The notes below the pieces were generated by a model. The model ran no database searches. It was not told the DNA's origin and saw only the letters and a program-made list of their open reading frames with translations. Of a stretch of DNA of 64,000 bases, positions 12,961-27,560 are shown in pieces. The stretch's first letter is position 1. The number at the start of each line of letters is the position of its first letter. The stretch spans positions 248,001-312,000 of the forward strand of contig NW_026782733.1 in assembly GCF_031769215.1 (NCBI RefSeq), given 5' to 3'. Position numbers and translations under genes: made by a program. This stretch comes from Ylistrum balloti (taxonomy: Eukaryota).

Positions 12961-15900
12961 GTAGAGATGTTGCTATCCAACCCAAAATCATTCTTATTTT
13001 AGAAAGAGATTTTTTTTCAATGCTTTCTGCACATATTTTAATTAATTTTTGAGTAAATTGTACCTGACTTAATATGCACATTGGATTCGATGAAGCATAA
13101 AGACTTCGAGAACGTCGAAACATTCCAAACGGCATTATGAAATTATGTAAACAGGCCCTGCATGTGAAGCCATATCTGTAGACAGCGAACGTGTTTAAAA
13201 CACACAATGACATCTGTCATGTTCAAGGACAATCATGTCATGTGTAGAAAATTAAGTGTAAAAGACTAATGAATAGTATTGATCAGATTTAACTATGAAA
13301 TATTTTGCCTGAAAGACTACCATTATAGTATGTTTAATACATACCCATTTGCCAAACTCAGTTCTATCTTTATCACGGAGCTACCTTGTATTCAATGAAA
13401 GTATCCATTACATGACAGATACCAACATGAGCTGTGATCAGCTCTAAGTTATGTGTTTCAATTGTGACGTCACAACTCCCCGACGTCATAAGAATTTTAG
13501 TATGTTAATTAGTAATATAGACTTTATATTATTCTAATATTTGGACAAAGGTATAAAAATCCTCTTACACTCGTTCCTTTTTTCATTTGAGATTAAAGAA
13601 ACATGTTAAAACTAAGAATCCTTTGATTTTTTTTATAAACCTTACATGAATAAAAACGCATATGGTTCTCTATTTATATCCTGAAGTTAATAAAATGGTC
13701 TAATGTCGATATTGAAATAATTGTGATTGAACACATACCGTTTTCATACCGACATTGTACTCTACACAAATGTACTTTATAATCTGCCGAATTCATTTCT
13801 GCTGACATTTATCAAAATGATTGGTCTGGCAAATGGGAAGGTACGCCATGCCGTCGGTGTTGACAAAACATCGGCTTATAAAACTGCAGCTTGTAAAGAA
13901 ATAGCGATGTGCGACAAATGACCTTTTAAACAGGTTTGACAGTACTTTTGAACATGGTTGGTGATTATTCCAATCCCAATAATAACATTTATTAAGTGAT
14001 TACCAAGTAAAGATGACAATTAGCTGATTTCTTATTTTAAATAAGGGAAGCTTATTAGCACATTAAAAAAAATAATATAATTTTGTAGTCTGTGATTTCT
14101 ATCTAGGCCTAAGTTGCTTAAAATTCGAAAGTTTAACATTTGATATAAGTTGCAAGCTGCAATAATTTGTACCAATTACATGTATTAATCGATTATCAAC
14201 CAGAAATTGCGAGTAAAATCGTGTTACTCATCAGTCACACGTCAGTAGATATATTTTGGTGGGGTTGTCAATCATTCGTACTTTAACGCTTTACTATGGA
14301 AGCCATCACACACATCAGAATTCACTTTCGACCTACAGAACTCATCAAGTGACCCTATGTCAGGGTACCATCAATACTGTGTACAGAAATAGTTAGAGCG
14401 TTATGTTAGAAAGCTTTGTTAGCTTAAATATCAAACACACGTCATTGTTGTTGTAATATTATAATTTTATCTGATATGTGTGTATTTCTTTTATTTCACG
14501 TTTCACTCTCTTTCTTAAAGTTAACATAATATTGATTATTATCTAAAACAATAACAATAACAAAGCAAGGATCATGGTCGAGAAGAAAATGCAAAAAACG
14601 AAAAGAAAGCTAACATAACCTTACATACGAGTGTTCTACCAATCATGTGGTGTTGTTTGATTATAAATATGTCAGTGAGGTTACATTATCATGAAAAAGT
14701 ACTAAATGAATTGCAGCCAGCTGAACCGTTGTACTACTCACCCGTACAGACAAGTTCGGGCCACATCAGTTTTACGGAATTTGTTCGCCTTACTACATGA
14801 TGTAATGTATAAGCAAAATGGATTTGGTGATCTGAGCAAATATGGGAAAAACATCAGTAGTTTACGATATTTTAATGTTTTGGTGAAAAATGTTGATTAT
14901 CATTTAATCGTTGTTTTTATGTGATTAGATATTAACGTCATGGCATCGTGACAAGTATAGAATGATCGGTGTTTACAGACTGTAATTGTACCAATAGTTA
15001 ATTTGTATATAAATATCTTGTACGTGTGTATTCACTGACCGCTCCAATCACAACTCTGGTTATGTAAGGACTCTCTCATTTCTTATTTTGTAAGATAGGT
15101 TTCTAGAGATGCAAGCAGTTAATTTCCTCCCAGACTGCAGGAATACTCTCAAGTTTCTGTGAATGCGTTCTCCAATGTGACACATAGCATTTATTCCATT
15201 GCATCGCCATACCGTGACATCAGGCAAAGCCAATAGGAAAATATAATAATTTGGTTATAATAATATGCTTTCTCATGGATAAAGACACTTTCAGATGGCA
15301 AAACAAAAACTTCTTTGGTGCGTAATGTTTTAAGGTGTCAATACAAACACATCACTTTTACCTGTAACATAATCTGGGTATACCGGAATCAGAAACAGAT
15401 AAAGATTAATTAATTAATATATTTATTACATGCAGTATTCGATCACTTCAAACTGTTTCTTTATTTCATCACTATGATTTTTGAATATTGGGGAAGTGTG
15501 TGGGAGGGGGACGGGGGGAGGAGGGGCACTTCCTTATTTTAACTTTTACTTTTATACCAATACTGGTGAATGTATTACAGTATGACAAAAGTAAGCTCAT
15601 CAACCTCCTGTTCTTAAACATGTTGAGAGCCGAGTAATGGCTGCTCTTCACTGTCACTTTATCAGGCGAGCATTGCTAAATGCCGTGCTTCCGTCTTCTT
15701 TATTTTTTCAACGGATATTTAAAATCGATTCCGTCCGCCTGTGTGGTTGAAATGGGCTACGAAATAGTTTAGTGGTGTATGGATAATACTATCATTGGTG
15801 ATACAACTACTTTTGATCTGTATTATGTACGTTACAAATGTTCAAACTGACGTAAAATTCATTCCTCAATGGTTTAAAACCTTGCTAAATCCAAACGCAG

Positions 15901-16929
15901 TCAGCATCGAGGAAACAATTACTGCTGTATACATAGCTAATACATGATGGATGAAACTAGCTCAGAAATGCAGATTTATTGTCTTCTGTATGTGTAGATC
16001 AATTGATATATTTGCTTTGAATGAAAAATTTCTATGTTAATGTAAAATTTGTGTAAATTTTATCTTATTGTACTGCTATATATGAAGTTATAAGACATCT
16101 CCCCACGCAATACAGTTGTGAGATTGCACAACGTGTGCGATGTGCTCAGGATAGTTACAGTGGATTAAATCAGCTATAGCACATTTGTGTGCACGTTGTG
16201 AGGTTCTCTCGCACAAATGTTTATATGTTTATATAAATTTATCTATTTCCTATATCTATGTATATATAAAACAACTAAATATATTTCCTAATTCAGCCAT
16301 TGATATAGAAGTTGGACACTTGTAGATACACCGGCATAGTTAGATACACTCGTAACTTTAAGTGTTTTGTTTGCAGATACCCAAACATGACAAGCCTTAG
16401 TGTACGGACACACAATATACAATGTATATACATTATAAATGTAAACACTAAATGGACGTATATCAGCAATGAATCATTGAAAATATCATACCGTCAGAAA
16501 GTACATTTTATTTCATTACTTTTATTTTTGTTTCATTTTTCATTCATTTTGTAAACAAAAGATATATGCTCAGGTAAATTTTACGTTTGTTACGCGGGCG
16601 AACCAGCCGATACGGATCCGGATCTGTTACGTACCTGTATAGGTGTATTTATAGGTGTATAAAACCTGATTTTCAGGGGGCGGGGGGGGGGGGGGGGTTT
16701 TTTTTTTGTTTTGAGAATTACACAGGTAAATCCAGGGGGGGGGGGGGGTATTTAAATCTTTCACATTATTCCTAAACTTGATGAAATAAATTTAAGCCTT
16801 CTTGTATTGACAATTTATAATAACACAACTCAAAATTCACACAATCACTTAAATACTTCAGTTCAATATTTTGAGTCCATTTCATAATCACTCCATGTGT
16901 AGAAGGTATGATGCTCGGTCTCCGTAGTC

Positions 16930-17800
16930 TATGTAGTTAATCTGGTCATTCTGCAGAAGGGCTTTCATGTGGGTCAGACGGTCATTCAGAATCCGGTAGC
17001 GGCGTCTCTTTGGAAGAGGTAATTATCCAGCGGCATGTTGAATCCGGTTCGCAACTTGAATTTCCTTCAGTACTCGGATGAACAGACTGATATTCGGATG
17101 TTCGTGTGGGATCCTCAACTTTGCTGTACCATCCTTCCAAGTTGTTGGTAGTCCTGGGTCTGTTGTTGTCGAAGTGGTTCCAGGTCTGTCTGTCTCCCTC
17201 TATCCACTAGGTTGTCACATAGTCTGTGAAGGGTGTTGTATCTATGGGTAGGTCAACTTCTTCAAAGTCATCCAATACGTTGAACCAGTAGTCCTCAACG
17301 CGGTGTAGTGGTGGGAGGGGAAGGACAGCTGCACGGCGAACAAGTATGTGGATATCTTCGTTGTCTCTGTAGTGTGTCTGGAGTCCTAGTTGTTGGGCCT
17401 TTCTCCAAATGCACTTGGTAAGGTGAAACAAGCATTCTTTCACTGTAATCCCTGGGAATATGGCTTTGGTGGCGTTCTGGGCAGCAGATTCAAAGTCCGT
17501 GAATATGACAGCCTGGCCCAACTTGTATAAAACATCTCAACCTGAGATTTCCTCAAGTCGAGATTTTCCTCAGCTGATATCTCCTCAAAAACGGCTTGTA
17601 CAAAATTTTCTCAAGGATCAGGAGGAAGTCATCGACTAGGATGTCCTGAAATTCCTTGAGGAATTTTCATACAAGTTATTTTCAAGGAGATATTAGCTGA
17701 GGAAAATCTCGACTTGAGGAAATCTCAAGTTGAGATTTTTTATACAAGTGGGGCCTGGTTAGATTGAAGATGCAGACCCTATTTACCTGTATTTTTGGGG
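16930..17800 (-). pseudogene. Mutator-like (MULE) DDE transposase, 3' half, disrupted
   Basis: IFTDFESAAQNA..FP....CLFHL..CIWRKAQQLGL, then a single stop, WNHF...RTTNNLEGW, then a frameshift to HPNISLFI. These are canonical MULE motifs. Interrupted by a MITE at 17516-17754. Confidence 0.9.
17516..17754. mobile_element. 239-bp MITE, PIF/Harbinger-like
   Basis: About 70-bp near-perfect terminal inverted repeats (GCCCAACTTGTATAA.../...TTATACAAGTGGGGC) flanked by a 3-bp CTG direct repeat (17513-15 and 17755-57). Confidence 0.9.
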
Positions 17801-18129
17801 ACAAGTTACCTGTTGAAACAGCATCATGGGACACTAGCCACTATAACAACAAACATACTTTTGGGACAGTTAAGAATTAAAATCATTCCGTTTTTGGACA
17901 GTCAGGAATAAAGCCATATATGTACCCGTATACCGGTAACTTTTTGTTGTCCGAGGCACCTCTATTCGCCACTTTCTGAGGTGTGAAACTATATACGATA
18001 AGATTAGTTAAAACAGGCCTAGTATTATTTCGAAAACTGTCGAATTGAAACAAGTTTTATAATCACCAAACAATTTTAATGTTAATGTGATCGCTATTTA
18101 GTAATAATTTCACGAATTTTCCATTTAAT

Positions 18130-18330
18130 TTTTACCAAATCACACAAAAAGTGCTGTCCAATCGCACAGTTGTGTACACGATGTATGAACGATGAACACA
18201 CGAATATTTTGGTGCGTTGTACGTGACCGCAACTGCACTTTGCAGGATGAAAGACGATATCTCCCATTTGTTTTGACAAAGGTAAAAACAAGAGTACGCT
18301 AGAATAAATGTAGGAGGACAGCACTGGCTT
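18130..18330 (-). mobile_element. Possible GIY-YIG endonuclease relic (Penelope-like)
   Basis: IVFHPAKCSCGHVQRTK...HRVHNCAIGQHFL loosely matches VVYxFxCxC..YxGxT...AIGQH. Confidence 0.3.
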
Positions 18331-21300
18331 AAGTATCCAAGAATCCGAGATTTTCTAATATACAATCTGCTAATGAGACATTAAGAAGACCAGATTTAAT
18401 CTATTATCAAAATTAAAACATTTTGGGATCTTTTTTCATTTTTACTTTGGGTTCTTCCGGTGTTTTGTTGGCCCGATTGATGTCCCGATTCCTTTAAATG
18501 CTGGCTGTTACGAGGACTAAAAACACTGTTATTATTGAAGCTAGGGAAATCTTATCTGGAGATTTTATTTTTAAATCCCTTTCAAATCGAATTCAGAAAA
18601 TAATAAATGCACACTGATTTGTCCATCGTTAAACTGATATTGTGTAAAGTGGCGATATCAATTATGTTGAAGCAATTTGTTTTGTTAAATCGCAATTTTC
18701 ATAATGGAGAGGACGTGGATGTTAACCTTTGTCTTAATGCGACATTCTAATTAAATTGACATTGGAATTCAATCTAGTCGAATAATGACGGATAATTTGA
18801 CGTTACGTTGATGTATGAGGATAATCGAAGACACGTTTATTTCTGATGTTGATATCACGTTTGTATGAAACAATTACGAACATTCCTTGATAGTAATCAC
18901 TCTGTTTTTTGATATTCGTTATTTGGCAAGGCTTATTCTTCCTCAGGACATCGAATCACATACACATATGTACTGACTACATTTGATAATACCGCTAATT
19001 GCTCAAAGGCCATAATGATATGAACTAGAATAACTATAAATTATTCAGAAAAGCAAATGTATGAAGATTGCGGGATTTGGCGTCCTCGTTATTGCCATGG
19101 TTGTACATGTATTAGGATGGGGTTTCGTTGCCCATCACATGTTCAAGACATAATAAGTTTTGTGATTGCTTGATTCCGCAAACTTTATCAGTGTTTCATT
19201 CATAGATAACTAAATCTGTGCTCAACTTGCTGTCATTTCATCATTTATCTAAAAAGCCTATAAAGTGGCATTCGTTAACAAGCTAAACTATTAAAGGAGA
19301 CTAACTTGTGGTTTAATGCCAACAGGAATCAACGTAACGTATCGACAAGCATACATTGAACGTATACCACAAATGTAATACGTTTTAAAAGTGCTACAAT
19401 GCAAGGTTACTTCAAGAAACGGAGAATATATTGAAAAGCGGGGGGGGGGGGGGGGATCTTCATTTATTTAAAGTAAATGTAACAAAAGATTTCCTAATTA
19501 ATCGTATCTTATTTCTATCTCATATCATAAGATGCTCGTCCAATATTCAAGAGTTCCAATCAAGTTGTTACATACTGCATCGTTGCTATCATTGTGTCTA
19601 GTAAACAACATACCAATCTATCTACATTTTTTTCTTATTTTGGACCTTTTCTCGGTAATGTTTCAGGTGGTTGACGTTTAATCGCACTTCTCGGGTTTAA
19701 AATCGATGCCAATAATTTAACTGCAAATAGAGAATTCATCAATCCGGCGTGATGTAGCTTCTTATGTCTTTTTATATCTCACTAAAAGCAGTTATTTTTT
19801 TAATTTTATGTTTAAGTTCATTTATATGCGAAGCCATTAAGGAATTCCCTGCAGGGATAAACGTTTTCAAATTATACTGAATTGTCTTCCAACACATGCA
19901 TTTTAATCAAAACAAGTACCTGCTGCATTCTCGCTTGTTTAAGGTGGCAAAGTAGTAATTTCAAAGAATTAAATTGAACTACAATACACTGGAGCAAACA
20001 TGTTAATGCTTTTTCCTCATTAATCGTTTCGGTAATAGTTTTTGGTCATAGTGCAAATGACAATACAATTTATATATTTCCCACTTTAAAATGGAAATGA
20101 AATTGTTTTTTACTTATGTTAGATAAACAGTATTATGGTATTTATATAAGCTATGTAAATACAAGCATGTAGGTATGTTTTAAATAAATCATTATTTACT
20201 ACTGAGACATTTCCTTGTTGTACATTATATGAACCACTTTAGTCCATCAGTCGTGCATTCAGATACTACGTACACAGAAATCTTGTTCTGGTTTATAGAT
20301 GCATGAATGTATGGCGGATTTAATACCTAAGGCTTTCTGTGTGGGACCGTTTTTCATATATTGCGTGTGCACAACTTCATATAACGCAGACAACGTAAAC
20401 AATATTTACCATGACGCGATATATCAAGGCGAACTATTTCCTTTTTCCGTCCGTTCGTACGTCCTTAATCCTATCACATTTGTTTGTAGCATTTATATAA
20501 TGTTGTATATCCTACAATCAAATGTTAGATATGAATATCTGTATACTCTCCTGGTCTCCGTAACATACACATTTTCTGCTTAATCGAATCAGCTTTGTTG
20601 TTTAGCTCCGTTTCCGTCAGAGAGATAGCAGAAACTTTCGTCTATTTTACAAATATTTTCTACCACACTTCTAATGATAATGGGACCACAGCTTGTCCGT
20701 TGAACGATTCCACGATCGCCGTGGTCGGACGCCGTGTCGTCTACCGTAAAGTTCTTTGTTAAGCAGTAACCCCTTTGTAGGTTTGACAACAAAGAGGATA
20801 ACTGATGATTGATAGATTGTACCTAGTGTTTATATAAATATATTGCCTTTAGCACCATTATGTGATTCCTGAGACCTTGGCATTTCCGTCGAATTTCTGC
20901 ATCATTATATCGAAACACATTAAATTTCAATATTGATATTTGTTAAGAGACTAAAAAACATTCGCAGTGCTCATTAAAAGTTTAAAAGTGTTTCAAGACC
21001 GGCAGTGATGGTATGTGATGATGTTGATATGTTGGTATTTCTTCTTGTTTACAGTGCAGTAACTCATTAGTTTCCTCATTTTGCTTTCTTGATCATTATA
21101 ATAAATCTTTTTACTTTGCATAAAACAGTAAGATGACCTTATTCCAAATGTGTTTAAAAAATATATAATAATTAATTGTCCTTTTTCATATATGTACAAA
21201 CATACAAACGGAATTTTTGTATTCCTCTTTCCGACAGAATTCTTTGAATATTGCGGTAGCTCATATATCAAGCAGAAATAATTAAAGTGTAGTCCCATAG

Positions 21301-21434
21301 AACAGGAAGAGGTAGGTGAAAGACACACCAAGGCCGCGAGCTTTGGTGATGTGGCAATAGAAAGATAACGCTTGGCCTCTTCAATATTCCATCATTAGAA
21401 GTCACGCTTGAATTAATGAAGCGAGGGAAAATAA

Positions 21435-21840
21435 GACCTGGTGTTCCGGAAGAGTTAGCTTCTAATGCTTCATCGACGACACTCTCAATGCAAATATTGG
21501 TCCGTCCAAATAAATAATGTCACATTCTCAAGTGAGAACAAGGTAAAAACTAACGGAATCAACAGTCAAACTAACAAGCATCAAACACACTCATTTTCAT
21601 ATAGGAAAAAATGAATATTTTTCAATGAGATCATTATGGCGACTGTTATTTTTATCAACCTGTACCTTTTGAAACCTTGTGTGACGAGTTTGCCAAACAG
21701 TTAACGACTTCTTGCACGAAAATCGTGATAATGGAAACAGTCCCTTTGATATCGAATCAATTGTGACAAGTAAACATCATAGGCTGGAGAAGCACAATGT
21801 TGCTTTACAGAAAGGAAAAATTCACAATAGCGGACGTGAA
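21435..21840 (-). mobile_element. Naiad-type PLE RT C-terminus, 3' UTR and terminal hairpin
   Basis: SAIVNFSFL*SNI then AYDVYLSQLIRYQRDCFHYHDFRARSR*LFGKLVTQGFKRYRLIK. The conserved tail lies at 21435-21484. Confidence 0.85.
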
Positions 21841-22449
21841 ATCATAAATCCTGGTTGAACGCTGTCCATAAAGCAAATACTCACCTCCTTAACCATGAAG
21901 TGACTTCTCCAACGAATATCTTTTTTTAAAGTAAAGGACGAAAAACAAGCTTCCCTTACATGTATAAATCGTTCCAGGTCTAATAATTAGGATATCGTGC
22001 AAAGTTCTCAGAACTAAATCAATATATAGAAGGAAATAATGAATACATCTGATTTAGCCTGATCAACAGCTTTCTGTACAAATGATTAAAACAAGTTTTA
22101 AATATATATATACATTGTATTATCATTAACATTGTTCTCGCTTTAGGACCTGACATTACTAACATTTTTATCTATTGTAAGATTTCCGTATAAATCTTCA
22201 TTATTTTTTTTATTGTTAAAGTAATTGGATCCATTTTGATTTTGAATTAAAATCGTTATAAACATGTTGATGTGTTCATATTGTTGATGATTTTAACATG
22301 ATTATCATTCATTTATGGGACAATATAATGAATTTTGTCGTTTTAACACTCGAATGCGTCTCGCGTTAATACTGAAATTCATTATCTAATTGCCATTATA
22401 TGCATGAAAACAAGCATACCATTCCTCTTCAAAAATAATTTGAGTCTAA

Positions 22450-22710
22450 AAGCGATGTAATTATCGCAATATCAACGAAATTCAACAGATAACTATACAA
22501 TTTTGTCCGAAACTGTCCCTCAAATGTTCTTAGCCAATCAAAAGGGTCCTTTCAACTATTGATGGCTTAGAACCTCAACCAACTATCCAGTCAAGCTGTC
22601 GACAGATCCAGGTCAGGTTGTAGGTCCAGGCATTAGATGTTTTTTCTGCGTGGATTGTCTGTCTAAATTGTCGTTTATATTGATTCCTAGTGTGGATACC
22701 AAAAAACCGC
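22450..22710 (-). mobile_element. Possible CR1/L2-like LINE RT relic
   Basis: STLGININDNLD resembles KYLGVxIxDxLxW. Little else is retained. Confidence 0.3.
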
Positions 22711-23552
22711 CATATCTTGCATAGAATGGCAAAAGAATTTATTCTCTAAAGTAGTATATCGATAAAACAACAGACATTGCTGAGAGGCATCGGCAGAGAT
22801 CATGACGGGAGACTCGTCCGAAGTTGTCAGTACTTATTTTTTCAAATGAAGATGAGGATTTATGTATAATTCTCTAAGGAATTATGAAAAAAGGTAGTAG
22901 ACAAACCAAGTGATATGATTTCATTTAGCTGAGATACTACTGACTGAAGTTGATCCTTGGATTGAAATGATCGCCTACTGTAACGTTTATCGTCTTTCTT
23001 AACATTTTGAAATTACCGACAATCTCACTTGACGCGGAGAAAAAGTGAATCAGTAGATGTCAAAAAGATTATCATCGTCGTACTCTCCACTTCACATTTG
23101 GATGACACATTTTAGCATATCGTTAAAATAATATCTCCAATGTTGAAACATGGCCGCCATGTATGGTCTAGCGTCAGAAACTCATGACTGGGGATTAAAT
23201 CATGAAAAGTATTCAATTGAAAAAACCGCTACATATCCATGATTTTGGAATGATTTATCAATTGTAAATAAGTATTACTTGAGGGTAGTTTTATGTTGTT
23301 ATTTGTGTGTAACTATGACATATAACGAAACTCAGATGGGAAGTTATCTTATACTGCACAGAGATTTACCGCTAAGGAATTACAGATCAACAAGGTACAA
23401 CACACTTCAACAATGACATATAAAATATATGTAATTTAATTCTATGAACCCATGTATACTGTATGATAACAAAGATATATATGCAAAACACTATGAAACC
23501 CGGCTTTATTTAGAAGTGTCACAGCCAGTAACGAATGTCTCATACATCCAAT

Positions 23553-24377
23553 ACGCTGCTAACTCTCACGGTCGGTATCGGCTAGTGTTGAGAAATTGGT
23601 GATACACTCAAAGCTATGTAACACGTTGCAAGCTCTCGCAGCCGGGATCGGCTAGTGTCGAGAAACTGGTTATACACTCAAAGATTAGTAACACGCTGCC
23701 AGCTCTCACAGTCGAGATTGGCACGTGTCGAGAAACTAGTTATACACTCAATTCTCTGTAACACGCTGGTAGTTCTCATAGTCGAGATCGGCACGTGTAG
23801 AGAAACTGGTTATACACTCAATTCTCTGTAACACGCTGGTAGTTCTCACAGTCGGGATCGGCACGTGTAGAGAAACTGATTATACACTCAATTCTCTGTA
23901 ACACGCTGGTAGTTCTCACAATCGGGATCGGCACGTGTAGAGAAACTGATTATACACTCAATTCTCTGTAACACGCTGGTAGTTCTCATAGTCGAGATCG
24001 GCACGTGTTTAGAATCTGGTTATACACGCAAAGCTCAGTAACACGCTGCCAGCTCTCCCAATCGTGATCAGCACGTGTAGAGAAACTGATTATACACTCA
24101 AAGCTCAGTAACACGCTGCTAGATCTCACAGTCGGGATCGGCACGTGTTTAGAATCTGGTTATACACGCAAAGCTCAGTAACACGCTGCCAGCTCTCCCA
24201 ATCGTGATCAGCACGCGTCGAGAAAATGGTTATACACTCAAAGCTCAGTAACACGCTGCTAGATCTCACAGTCGGGATCGGCACGTGTCGAGAAACTTAC
24301 CATACACTCAAAGCTCAGTTACACGTTGCCTGCTTTTACAGTCGGGAACGGCACGTGTAGAGAAACTGGTTATACAC
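23553..24377. repeat. 70-bp minisatellite, ~12 units
   Basis: ACACGCTGGT recurs at 23761, 23831 and 23901 (period 70). A 140-bp dimer is duplicated at 24001-24280. Confidence 0.97.
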
Positions 24378-27300
24378 GTTCTATCTAAGTGGTATGATAC
24401 ATAAGGAATTCAATCTTGAGGAACATTTTTTGAAAAAATCAGATCATGTTTTTGCCTGTGAAATAAAAGCGATGAAATTGAGGATTCCTAACACTTCCAA
24501 AAAAATTTGTTTCTGTACAGAAAACATCGGTAAAATAATCACTTGATTCATGCCCTGACGATATCCGCTGATAACAAAGAACAGCCAGGTGATACATTTC
24601 AGGTTCCACGCCTTTCTTTATCATATCTGTCGTAATAAAACGCTTTTGATTCTATAAAAAATAGTGATTAACAAGCAAACATGTGCTGTTTTAAAAACAG
24701 ATATAAAATCCGTTCAGAGAGTGTGGTGTGTAACAATTATATCTAAAGTATTGAAATCTGATCAACAGATTGACAAGATACCATTAAACCTCGCTGACAA
24801 TTACTCTACTTGATGCAAGTGGAGAAGTTCATGGTATTGATTCTAGTTGGTTTGTTGTTCTGAAAATGAAACTTATTATATGCCTGTTTGAATTTGTTTA
24901 AATATTTTGAAACGGGTATGATTTGTTAATCGTGATCTTGATCTAAGCTTACATGACACCCTGGACCGTTTTCAGAATAATGTGATTTTTCATTGTTCTA
25001 ATTTCAGCCAATGCTTCCTTTCTAAAGGTAACGTGACGCTACCTAGATAGGAACACTATTTAAAGAAAATTGTCAAAAAATTTGCTTGAATCTTGTATTT
25101 TTTATGATATTTCACAAATAGATTCCTTCAGCTTCATTTTCAATCATTAGATATACTTTTCAGAAGAGCGCGTGTCTATAAATAGAACACGGAAAGGCAT
25201 GCATGGTTTAGTATTGCGTTTCATCAGGTAACGGTCACGGTACCGGTAACCAAAACGGGACGCCTCTTATATTAAGCTAATTTGTAGAATTTAATGACAT
25301 AATCTTGAATATATTTATTCACTTTATAAAAGTTCATTAATTCTCTCATTGATCCCAGACATTTATCTGTCAAAAATATAGTCCAGCAATACTTTTCATT
25401 GCATAAAACGTAATGGAATAACTTATAATTCAATTTTTAAAAATCTAAAATAGAGGCGACGAGTAACATAGAAGATATTCTCTGATAACAATTCCATAAT
25501 TATTAATAAGTACCATTATTCTTGTTTCGGATAGTTAATGTTCTCTTGAGATTCAAATATTTGAGAAGTGTTCTATTTTGGGTAGAATTCCATTTTGGGA
25601 AGCGTCACGTTGATCTTTTATACTGCTTGCTGAGGTGACGTAACCTGGACAGTAAAATACATCGATGTGCAACTTCTGGAATAGTATTGTTCTATTATGC
25701 CATTCCTCATCATTGCTATTGACCTTATCTTATCGAATGTGGCAGATTTGTTTCCTTTTCCATATCTGACTAAGAGAAAACAGTTAATCTTCTAACGATG
25801 ACAATTCACATATAATATGCGTAAGAAAATGACAACATGGGCCTCGTCACCTTGTAATAATACACAAAGACTTAATAAGAGAAATGATAACATTTTGAGT
25901 CATTTAAATAACTGTCGCAACCAAATTGTTGTATTCTATAAAAAACAAAACAAAACAAAACAAAAAAACAAATAATTTGTTTCAATCTCAACTGTCGCTT
26001 AGGACAGAAATACTTCGATTAATCCAAGCGATTACTTGCATCTTATTGTTTGAAACAAGCTGTTGCAACATATTTGATGTTTTGATTTTCCAGCGTTTAG
26101 GTTTCAAATGAACATTATTTCAACTTCGGTGCGCTGATGATAAAATGACACGGTCTGCTCAAACAATGCGGTTATTGACCGGATTGCATTGTCTATTGAT
26201 TTCTTTCTCTCTCATTATCATAGGCAAAAAATAAACTCATTTTTAGACTGTTTGAATTATGATATCAAACTGAAGTTTGATCATTTCAGACAAAGAATTT
26301 AATGTTGTCGATGGGATTATATTTGATACCGTTGTTTTCAAGACGCTTGGAACAACCATGGCAAGAATTCTGATACATTCCCGCGAAAAAATACTTTCGT
26401 TTCTCTGATTACACTCCTAAGTTAACACTTCGAAAATCAATCGTTATTGCAGAATTGAAACAATGAAATGAAATTAAATCATAATGGATATAAAAGAAGT
26501 GTATTTCACGAGTTCATTACAACATTCGGATTGGGTATATATTTGACATGATTCGCTGACGTGATTTATTGAATTTGTCTGCATACCGAATGTTATTATG
26601 ACCTCATGAATGTCTCAACAATGCATATCGTTCCTTATACCTATGTAAACTAATCATTATACACTTGTTTATCACGGAATACAAACAACAGCATGCCGTG
26701 ATGATAGACTATCACGCTGATCATACACCATTACCCTGCTTTAAATATGACATCAAAATGACTTAACATGAGTAACGTACATATTTTTTTAAGATCTACA
26801 CATTTCTGTGAAATATACCCAAGCTTAATGCAATAAGAAAAAAAAACATTTTTCAATCATTATTTCTGAAACGTTTTGGATTTCGTTTCCTTGGCACGTA
26901 ATATTTCTATCTGTCCTGTCCGGATCTTAAAAATCCTACTTGTTCTCGTGATTATAAACCATTTGGTCTAGACATGTAGCATTATCATTTTCGTGACTTA
27001 AACTTGCATTGGTTTAATGACAGATAATTTCTTCTTTTTCCTAACTGGTAGTTTTACATCCAACCTTTCATCGCGGTCTTCAATAGAAGTTAGGCATGCC
27101 GAAATTAGTTGGTTTGGCGTCGACACTTCTTTGCTTCTAGGATGTCTTCCTTACTTATTGCAATTGCCAAATGAGAAATAATGGCTAATTTTAACTGAAA
27201 TCAAAATCTCCCGTGCTGCATTGACATCCAGGTACCACAAAGTGGGAAATGATAGGCTTAGCTGAAAAAAGGTATAACAACAAATTTTCTTGATATAGCA

Positions 27301-27379
27301 GTTCAATGACCTTGTCTGTAAATATATGAGATCTTATCTACATGTAGTTCCTCTCATTACTAACTAGCTGTATTTTCTA

Positions 27380-27560
27380 CAGGTTTATCAAATCATGCCA
27401 CAAAGACCTTGCAAAGTCCATCAATTTACTCTTAGATATATCGATGACGCATTTTCCTTTACAAGAGATTCATTGTTCGTGCTCAGTGTTTATACAAACC
27501 AGAACTTAAGATCTAGGCCACAACAAACACTGCTTCATTAGGCGCTTACTTCTATGTCGG
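27380..27560 (+). mobile_element. Naiad-type PLE RT fragment containing YIDD
   Basis: KDLAKSIN / TLRYIDDAFS / PELKI*ATTNTAS (frameshifted; compare LAxSFNFTFRYIDD...ELEIKDTT). Confidence 0.7.

Noticed and set aside
21400-21490. Canonical SECIS element in the PLE tail (ATGA...GA)
   Set aside because: Only ~21 nt separate the putative quartet strands, which is too short for helix II plus the apical AA loop.
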